Both the position numbers and the translations under genes were made by a program. The notes under the pieces are model-generated. The model ran no database searches. It worked only from the letters and a program-made list of their open reading frames with translations, and was not told where the DNA came from. From a virus (Duplodnaviria; Heunggongvirae; Uroviricota; Caudoviricetes), in IMG/VR virus record IMGVR_UViG_3300046786_000272, positions 1 to 14,061 of that record: DNA of 14,061 bases. One strand, given 5' to 3'. Positions 7,795-13,686 of this stretch are shown here, in pieces (positions within the stretch are counted from its first letter, which is position 1; each line of letters opens with the position of its first letter).

Positions 7795-8221
7795 TTTAAA
7801 AGTATTATTAGCGAGTACTCAATCATTCGCTATCAAGTCACAGAACTTTCACTGGAATGTTGAAGGTAGTAACTTCCCACAGTATCATGCATTCTTTGAT
7901 ACATTGTACAGTGATGTAAGTGCTACAATTGATCCTATTGCTGAATACATTCGTATTCTTGGTCATTATACTCCTGGTAGCTTAACACGCTATGCTGAAC
8001 TATCAATCATACAAGACCAAATTAAGATTCCTCGTGCTGAATTGATGTTTCAAGAATCATTGCATGATTGTGAACAGATGGGACAATTAGTAACAGCGAT
8101 GTTTGATGAAGCGGCGAACGAAAAGCAACACGGTATAGAAAACTATATGGCTGAACTACAAGACTTGTATGGAAAGAAGGCTTGGTTTATTCGTTCTATA
8201 TTAAAGAAAGAACGTGAATAA
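7781..8221 (+). CDS. dps: Dps family DNA-protection / mini-ferritin protein
   Basis: NFHWNVEGSNFPQYHAFFDTLYSDVSATIDPIAEYIRILG carries the Dps signature (HW, H, D, AE ferroxidase ligands). 146 aa. Confidence 0.92.
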   Translation: MLSDNLKVLLASTQSFAIKSQNFHWNVEGSNFPQYHAFFDTLYSDVSATIDPIAEYIRILGHYTPGSLTRYAELSIIQDQIKIPRAELMFQESLHDCEQMGQLVTAMFDEAANEKQHGIENYMAELQDLYGKKAWFIRSILKKERE

Positions 8222-8298
8222 TGCGTGAAAATGAATATCCAGTATATCCTGAAGATGATGGGTATGACACGTTTAAAAACCCATATAGTCCTGTATGA
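8221..8298 (+). CDS. 25-aa peptide MRENEYPVYPEDDGYDTFKNPYSPV (missed by the ORF track)
   Basis: The ATG overlaps the dps stop (TAATG, 8219-8223) and its TGA overlaps the next start (ATGA, 8295-8298), filling the gap exactly. Confidence 0.75.
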   Translation: MRENEYPVYPEDDGYDTFKNPYSPV

Positions 8299-9320
8299 GA
8301 GCAACAGAATTCATTACTGAAGAAGCAAAAGCCGCCAAATATAACGGCTTAGTTATGAAGTACGCCTTCAACGATAGTGCTTTGATAATGAAAGCATTTG
8401 AACAAGGTAGTCCAATTGCTTATGTTAAGTTTGTCAAAGAAGACAAAGAGTTATATCCACAGGATCTTTGGGTCAATGATGACTATCGCAACAAAGGCAT
8501 TGCTAAGTCAATGTATGACTATCTAAAGAGTGAAGGTTATGTCATCAATAGAAGTCACGACCAAACTAAAGCTGGCACCGGCTTCTGGGATAAACACCGA
8601 GGTGAAGATGCGTATGTTTGGGAAGATGAAGACGTAGATGAAGATATGTCACGTAGAGGCTTCTTAGGAGCATTAGGCGGCGCGGCTATGGCAGCCGCCG
8701 GATTAGATGCAGAAGCAAAACCTAATGCTATTAAACCTAAAACTAAATCACCTTCACAAGATGCTATTCAACAAGCAAAGAAGCAACAAAATGTTAAACC
8801 AGCATCACCTACAAAAGATCCACAAGCAGAAGCAATGTTGTATAGAACAGCAAAAGCTAGCGGAATGAAGGGTAGTGAGTTAGCACAGTTCTTAGCACAA
8901 ACAAAACATGAGTCTTGGGATCACAGCAGATTACAAGAGAAATCAATCGGTGATCCTAATCAGTACTTTGCTAAGAAGTATGATCCTACGTTAGCACCTA
9001 AGACAGCAAAGATTTTAGGTAATAAGCATCGAGGCGATGGTGCAAAGTATCACGGTCGCGGATTCATTCAGTTAACTGGTAGAGATAACTATCGCATGGC
9101 TAGTGAAGCATTGGGATTAGATTTATTGAATCATCCTGAAATAGCAAGTAAGCCAGACGTTGCCGCAAAGATTGCAGTGTGGTATTGGAATACAAGAGTT
9201 AAACCAAAAGTTCAAAACTTTGAAGATACAGTAGCAGTTACAAAAACAATTAACAATGCGATGTTTGGTTTAGAGGATCGACTTGCAAACTTTGTAGATT
9301 ATAAAAAAAGAGTAGCATGA
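8295..9320 (+). CDS. GNAT acetyltransferase-like domain + internal Tat signal peptide + GH19 (chitinase/lysozyme) peptidoglycan hydrolase fusion
   Basis: N-terminus MRATEFITE. GNAT motif A WVNDDYRNKGIAKSMYDY (8472-8504 core). MSRRGFLGALGGAAMAAAGLDAEA at 8646-8717. GH19 motifs FLAQTKHES, YHGRGFIQLTGRDNY and AAKIAVWYW. Confidence 0.88.
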   Translation: MRATEFITEEAKAAKYNGLVMKYAFNDSALIMKAFEQGSPIAYVKFVKEDKELYPQDLWVNDDYRNKGIAKSMYDYLKSEGYVINRSHDQTKAGTGFWDKHRGEDAYVWEDEDVDEDMSRRGFLGALGGAAMAAAGLDAEAKPNAIKPKTKSPSQDAIQQAKKQQNVKPASPTKDPQAEAMLYRTAKASGMKGSELAQFLAQTKHESWDHSRLQEKSIGDPNQYFAKKYDPTLAPKTAKILGNKHRGDGAKYHGRGFIQLTGRDNYRMASEALGLDLLNHPEIASKPDVAAKIAVWYWNTRVKPKVQNFEDTVAVTKTINNAMFGLEDRLANFVDYKKRVA

Positions 9321-10141
9321 AAAAAATTATAACAATATTACTATCAACATTATCATTAACGGCATCAGCATGGGAGCAACGTGCTCCCTTACCACCTCAA
9401 TCTTGTCAAGTACATAGTCCATATGGATTTGCACAAACGCAACGTCCTGCACAGCCGATCTGTCGTGAGGCTTATCTAGTTGCATATGACGCTCCTGTTA
9501 AAATTCCTGCTTATGTAGCGTATACATTAAAGCCAGAAAACGCATTAGGTTGCTTTCCGAGAACAAACGCCTTCGTGGCTGACCAATCATTAGGCGGTAC
9601 AGGTGCAAGACCTGACGACTATGCTGGTACAGGATACGACAAGGGACACGCGGCACCGGATGGGGACCTATCTTACACTCAGCAAGTTGAATATGAATCA
9701 TTCTTGATGACTAATATGTATCCACAACATGGTTCACTAAATCGTGGTATATGGAAATTACTAGAGACAAGTATACGCGGTTGGAGTGTACAGCGTAATC
9801 AAACGTTCACTATCTATGTTGGCGCATTCTACGCACAAAGTACAGAGTACATTGGCGCAAGTAAAGTTATTGTTCCTCATGGTTACTACAAGATTGTCAT
9901 TAATCAAGCAACAGGTGAAGTAGCAGGATGGGTATTCCCTCATACTAAACCTTATGTTAACTTAGGAACTGACTTAGTTAAGTTTCGTCATCCAATCGCA
10001 CAGATTCAAACAGTAGCAGGTGTTAAGTATGCATTCCCTAAGAATGCAAAAGAAGTGGCACCAGGCCAAGAATGGCCTGTTAACTACGGTGATTTGACTA
10101 AAGCTAAACGCGCCAAGTGCGGCGCAAATGCACAAGATTAA
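9317..10141 (+). CDS. Secreted DNA/RNA non-specific endonuclease (Serratia NucA/EndA-type, beta-beta-alpha-metal)
   Basis: Sec-type signal MKKIITILLSTLSLTASA. Motifs GYDKGHAAP, SFLMTNMYPQHGSLNRGIWKLLE and IVPHGYYKIV. ATGA coupling to the upstream gene. Confidence 0.92.
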   Translation: MKKIITILLSTLSLTASAWEQRAPLPPQSCQVHSPYGFAQTQRPAQPICREAYLVAYDAPVKIPAYVAYTLKPENALGCFPRTNAFVADQSLGGTGARPDDYAGTGYDKGHAAPDGDLSYTQQVEYESFLMTNMYPQHGSLNRGIWKLLETSIRGWSVQRNQTFTIYVGAFYAQSTEYIGASKVIVPHGYYKIVINQATGEVAGWVFPHTKPYVNLGTDLVKFRHPIAQIQTVAGVKYAFPKNAKEVAPGQEWPVNYGDLTKAKRAKCGANAQD

Positions 10142-10872
10142 TTCTTTTGATAAACAAAATAGAGCCTGCCAAGTTCGGCAGGTTCCTTTTTGAACTCTAG
10201 TAACGTAAGATTGTACTTTTCAGCAAACTCATTTACAATTTCAAAACTCCAAGGAAAGATATCAACATAAGGTCCTGTCTTGTGTGGTAAACCTGGATTA
10301 GCACGCAAATAGAATCTACCACCCTTTTCAAGTAATGATACACAGTGACTGAATCGTTCTTCAATCTCATCTTTGCTGTTAAAGTTGATGCTACCTAATG
10401 CAATGATAACATCATGTGATTCAGGCTTGACCTTATAATCTAATATATCAACCTCATAGTCAGCACAGTTATTGTATGGATCAATACCGATTAAGTTTGG
10501 AATACGTCCTTTGAAAGGGTGATACCCACATCCAACATCTAACACTTTCTTTGGATTCAGTTTGGTAACTTCTTCACACAATGCCCAACCACTGTGGTCA
10601 TAATCACCTGTTCTTGGCTTCCAAATTTCAGCAAAGAACCGATGTGTATAACGTTCTGATAAATCAGCAACTATATCACGCAATGATCCTATGTAGTCTG
10701 ATTGAATTTGTAGTTCATCCCAAACATGATCTTTGAATTTCTTGTATCGTGCAGGAGTCCAGGGTAGGTCTTGAACAATAGTGTCCCCGTTGATAGAAAT
10801 TTTTGCATACTTAGGTAAATTAAACGCTAACTGCAAATTTTCTTGTAAAAGCTTAAAAATTTTAGTATTCAT
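10138..10872 (-). CDS. Class I SAM-dependent methyltransferase with ~75-aa N-terminal extension
   Basis: Motif I KVLDVGCGY, then IGIDPY and DVIIALGSINF. The start is placed at ATG 10872 (MNTKIF) because the longer start at 10908 overlaps the divergent promoters. Its stop shares the TTAA at 10138-10141 with the convergent nuclease. Confidence 0.85.
   Translation of the reverse strand: MNTKIFKLLQENLQLAFNLPKYAKISINGDTIVQDLPWTPARYKKFKDHVWDELQIQSDYIGSLRDIVADLSERYTHRFFAEIWKPRTGDYDHSGWALCEEVTKLNPKKVLDVGCGYHPFKGRIPNLIGIDPYNNCADYEVDILDYKVKPESHDVIIALGSINFNSKDEIEERFSHCVSLLEKGGRFYLRANPGLPHKTGPYVDIFPWSFEIVNEFAEKYNLTLLEFKKEPAELGRLYFVYQKN
10162..10191 (+). terminator. Intrinsic terminator for the 4288-10141 operon, embedded in the antisense methyltransferase CDS
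   Basis: GAGCCTGCC-AAGTTC-GGCAGGTTC is a 9-bp stem with one G-U pair, followed by C and TTTTT, 20 nt after the nuclease stop. Confidence 0.75.
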
Positions 10873-10883
10873 GGAATTTTTTT

Positions 10884-10891
10884 GATAAATA
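10884..10891 (+). promoter_or_regulatory. Putative late promoter GATAAATA for the tctC operon
   Basis: Same core as at 1850 and 4258, intergenic, followed by SD-like TAGGA and the ATG at 10919. Confidence 0.7.
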
Positions 10892-10898
10892 GAATGAT

Positions 10899-10904
10899 TA
10901 TTTA
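10899..10904 (-). promoter_or_regulatory. Possible minus-strand late promoter core (TAAATA) for the methyltransferase
   Basis: tattta at 10899-10904 reads TAAATA on the minus strand, 26 nt before the ATG at 10872. Only a 6-mer in AT-rich DNA. Confidence 0.4.
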
Positions 10905-10918
10905 ACATAGGAAATCAC

Positions 10919-11872
10919 ATGAAAAAACTTTTATTTGCCCTATTACTATTACCTAGTCTAGTATTTGCTTGGCAACCAACAAAACCTATCACTGTTATAT
11001 TCCCGAATGGACCGGGCGCAGGGAACGAAATCTCTTTCTTCTTTGTAGCAGATATCGTTAGTGAGAAGACAAAGGTACAGTTTAATAGAGAACATCGTCC
11101 AGGAGCAGATGGTAATCTAGCAATGAATCACTTTGCTACTGTACCCGCTGATGGACACACTGTTGCAGTTCCAGCATGTAATAGTCAGTGGGTTACAGGT
11201 GAAGTATGGTACCCACAGACATTAAAGTACAATATCTTTGACTTTGAGCCTGTTGCTAACATAGCACGTAGTCCATTAGCATTCTGGGCACATCCTAGTA
11301 GTAAAGTCAACACACCGGAAGATTTGATTAGAGAGATTCGTGAAAAGAAACGTCCTATCAACTTTGCTATTGGTGGCGGTGGTCACAAACTAGCAGTTGA
11401 ATACTTAACTGACAAACTTAATGTTCCTGGTGGCGATAAAGTACAGACAGTTATGTACAAGGGCCCTGCTCAAGCACTTATGGATACGATGGGAGGACAC
11501 GTTGAATTCAGTGTTACTCCAGTAGGTGTAGGTTATCCTCACGTTAAAGCAGGTAAACTTAAATTAATCGGTCTTGCTAGTGAAGTTCCACTTAAAGGAT
11601 TAGAATCAGCACCATTGATGAGCAAGTATGCTCCGGGATTAAATCTATACGGGTGCTGGAACTTAGTACTACCAAAAGGCACTCCGCAAGATATACAAGA
11701 TTGGTATCATAACAATTTTGTTCCGGCAATTCGTAGTAAAGAAGCAAAAGAAAAATTTGATGACAATCAAATGTTCATAACTACTAAAGAGCACACACCT
11801 CAAGGCGTACATGCAAGCATGGCAGTATTGCGTAGAGAGTGGCAACCAATCGCAAGAAAGATAACACCTTGA
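10919..11872 (+). CDS. tctC: Bug/TctC family tripartite tricarboxylate transporter substrate-binding protein
   Basis: Signal peptide MKKLLFALLLLPSLVFA. Motifs WQPTKPITVIFP, HRPGADG, PADGHT, YKGPAQALMDTMGGHVE, VKAGKLKLIG and PKGTPQDI. Confidence 0.9.
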   Translation: MKKLLFALLLLPSLVFAWQPTKPITVIFPNGPGAGNEISFFFVADIVSEKTKVQFNREHRPGADGNLAMNHFATVPADGHTVAVPACNSQWVTGEVWYPQTLKYNIFDFEPVANIARSPLAFWAHPSSKVNTPEDLIREIREKKRPINFAIGGGGHKLAVEYLTDKLNVPGGDKVQTVMYKGPAQALMDTMGGHVEFSVTPVGVGYPHVKAGKLKLIGLASEVPLKGLESAPLMSKYAPGLNLYGCWNLVLPKGTPQDIQDWYHNNFVPAIRSKEAKEKFDDNQMFITTKEHTPQGVHASMAVLRREWQPIARKITP

Positions 11873-12492
11873 AATATATTTTCGTAGCCGGCGCACCCGG
11901 CTCTAAATGGTCTAGTGTAGTAAAGAATATTTACTACAGCCCTAGCATAGACCAATCTGATTACAGTGATGAACGCACGTATTATCATGATGCTAGTGGC
12001 AGTATGCAATTAATGCACTTAGGTGCATACTTTGATCCTGGCATGGAGTTTGGTGACCTGCTAGCAGACATGCAGAAATACACTAAAGAAGAACTAGAGA
12101 AAGAATTTGATAGACCTTTCTCGGGTGAGGGAGTTAGAATCATCAAGAGTCATGTGTTTGCAAACAATATCGACTTCATTAAAAAGACATGGCCTGACTC
12201 TCCTATTGTTTTAGTGCATCGTGATAATGACAGTTGTTTGGGATGGTGGGTTAAATGTGGTCATTTTGATATAACCTATCCTAAATATGATATATACTAT
12301 AAAGACTTACGTACAATGGCATCTATCATTGAGAAACAAAACAAAGATATTCAAGATGCATCCGACAAACATAAGCCGTTTAGAGTTTATAATAATAGTA
12401 GACTAGCGTTGATTCTTGGAATCGCACAACCACCAGATGAATATAAGCAGAGTTATATAGAAAACGATATAGAGGTATCAGTAATATGTTAA
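11869..12492 (+). CDS. Sulfotransferase-fold protein with atypical PSB loop
   Basis: YIFVAGAPGSKWSSV (PSB-loop position), RIIKSH and WPDSPIVLVHRD (3'-PB-like R). The start is probably the TTG at 11869, overlapping the tctC stop (TTGA), rather than the ATG at 11839. Confidence 0.6.
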   Translation: MKYIFVAGAPGSKWSSVVKNIYYSPSIDQSDYSDERTYYHDASGSMQLMHLGAYFDPGMEFGDLLADMQKYTKEELEKEFDRPFSGEGVRIIKSHVFANNIDFIKKTWPDSPIVLVHRDNDSCLGWWVKCGHFDITYPKYDIYYKDLRTMASIIEKQNKDIQDASDKHKPFRVYNNSRLALILGIAQPPDEYKQSYIENDIEVSVIC

Positions 12493-13172
12493 GTAATTGG
12501 GAAGAAACAAAAAAGCGCAGTAAGTATCACTTTGACCAGTTCAAATTAGATCCTCAGCAAGATAAAGTAACAGCATTAGGTAAGATTGTAGCAGACTTTA
12601 CCCCTGAACTAAAGGACATTATCAAAAATGCAAAGCCTGCAACATGGCGCACACGTGGTAAAGTTGGAAAGTCTAGACCTGAAGAAGAACTAGCTAGCGA
12701 AGACTATGACTTAGAAAAATTTGGTTACGGCAAAGATTATCAGATAACTCATTTGAACTGGGAAATCCCTGAGAAGCTACAGCGCATTAGCAAGCTATTT
12801 GGACTACAAGACTGTATGGATCGTATTCACGTACAAATGCCGGGCGAAGTATGGAACCTACACTTAGATAAGTTAGAAAAATGGTTACCTGAAGAGACAT
12901 GGAGAATCATGAGAATACAGCTTCAATTGACTGATTGGGAGCAAGGTCATTTTTGGAGTTACGGTAACTATACACATCAATTTTGGCGTGCGGGCGATGT
13001 AACTACATTTGATTGGCAAAACATCCCCCATAGTACAGCGAATGCAGGACATAATCCTAGAGTAACATTTCAAATGACAGGTATTGTAACTGAACAAACT
13101 AATGAATTTCTTAATCGCTTAAGTAGATTCGGTAAACATCAACTAGAGTTAAAAGATGCAGGCTGGTTCTAA
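12486..13172 (+). CDS. 2-oxoglutarate/Fe(II)-dependent oxygenase (Asp/Asn beta-hydroxylase-like cupin)
   Basis: RIHVQMPGEVWNLHLD (HxD), then FDWQNIPHSTANAGHNPRVTFQMTG (distal His and the 2OG-binding Arg). Confidence 0.8.
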   Translation: MLSNWEETKKRSKYHFDQFKLDPQQDKVTALGKIVADFTPELKDIIKNAKPATWRTRGKVGKSRPEEELASEDYDLEKFGYGKDYQITHLNWEIPEKLQRISKLFGLQDCMDRIHVQMPGEVWNLHLDKLEKWLPEETWRIMRIQLQLTDWEQGHFWSYGNYTHQFWRAGDVTTFDWQNIPHSTANAGHNPRVTFQMTGIVTEQTNEFLNRLSRFGKHQLELKDAGWF

Positions 13173-13593
13173 AAGAATATTAATCATGGGTCTTCCTGGA
13201 TCAGGTAAGACTACATTAGCAAAGAGAATTATAGCTAAGATGGAGTCTAGTAATAGGACTGTCACCTGGCTAAATGCTGATGAAGTACGTAAAGAATATG
13301 ATGATTGGGACTTCTCAATTGAAGGCAGGATACGTCAAAGTCTACGCATGAATGAGTTAGCAAAGAAGGCCGAAACTGAGTTTGTAGTTTGTGATTTTGT
13401 ATGCCCTTTGCCTGAAATGCGTAAGAATTTTGACCCGCATTTTATCATCTGGTTAGACACCGTTACATCAAGTCAGTATAAAGATACTGATAACATGTTT
13501 ATCAGACCCGAAGGTTACACCTTCAAATTGCTTGCTAAAGATGCTGAAAAGTGGGGAGATTACATAGCGATAAATATTATGAACACACCTTAG
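13156..13593 (+). CDS. cysC: Adenylylsulfate (APS) kinase-like P-loop kinase, short form
   Basis: RILIMGLPGSGKTT (Walker A), WLNADEVRK...DFSIEGRIRQSLRM and VVCDFVCP align with CysC motifs. The RDPKGLY lid segment is not present. Confidence 0.72.
   Translation: MQAGSKRILIMGLPGSGKTTLAKRIIAKMESSNRTVTWLNADEVRKEYDDWDFSIEGRIRQSLRMNELAKKAETEFVVCDFVCPLPEMRKNFDPHFIIWLDTVTSSQYKDTDNMFIRPEGYTFKLLAKDAEKWGDYIAINIMNTP
13569..13576 (+). promoter_or_regulatory. Putative late promoter GATAAATA inside the 3' end of cysC, upstream of the structured element
   Basis: Same 8-mer core as the four intergenic copies at 1850, 4258, 10884 and 13677. Confidence 0.6.
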
Positions 13594-13675
13594 GACCGGT
13601 ACTCGTTACCGTAGTGTGGGCCGGCTGCTGGCCTGATGTACGAATTCGCTACTCGGAAGTCTAAAGTGAGCATTT
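13579..13675 (+). ncRNA. Candidate structured non-coding RNA (unassigned)
   Basis: 13593-13671 is 45/79 G+C in an AT-rich genome. Stems: CGGTA/TACCG (13597-13611), GGCCGG/CTGGCC (13619-13633) and TAGTG/CGCTA (13612-16/13647-51). It is flanked by two late-promoter motifs. Confidence 0.5.
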
Positions 13676-13676
13676 T

Positions 13677-13684
13677 GATAAATA
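13677..13684 (+). promoter_or_regulatory. Putative late promoter GATAAATA
   Basis: Same core as the other copies; 2 nt before the ATG at 13687. Confidence 0.65.
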
Positions 13685-13686
13685 GT

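Noticed and set aside
10873-10908. Longer methyltransferase start at 10908
   Set aside because: The extension (MLNNHSIYQKNS) runs through both promoter motifs; ATG 10872 is more plausible.
11839-11868. ATG start at 11839 for the sulfotransferase-like gene
   Set aside because: It would overlap tctC by 34 nt. The TTG at 11869 gives a standard 4-nt coupling and starts right at the first beta-strand (KYIFVAG). Not fully excluded.
851-13097. Short track ORFs on the minus strand (851, 1252, 1497, 2641, 3067, 4051, 4440, 6432, 9761, 11669, 11800, 12885) and alternate plus frames (5163, 6410, 9498)
   Set aside because: They lie within or across longer, motif-bearing genes, have no recognisable motifs or SD, and read like antisense or frame shadows.
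13633-13660. CTGATG suggesting a hammerhead ribozyme core
   Set aside because: It reads CTGATGT rather than CUGANGA, and no GAAA is present in the required position (only GAAT and GAAG).
13590-13672. Possible tRNA or HDV/theta ribozyme in the GC-rich gap
   Set aside because: There is no cloverleaf, T-loop or CCA, and I could not fit the nested double-pseudoknot HDV pairing by eye.
13636-13686. Track start at 13636 for the 105-aa ORF
   Set aside because: It passes through the structured element and the promoter; ATG 13687 is preferred.
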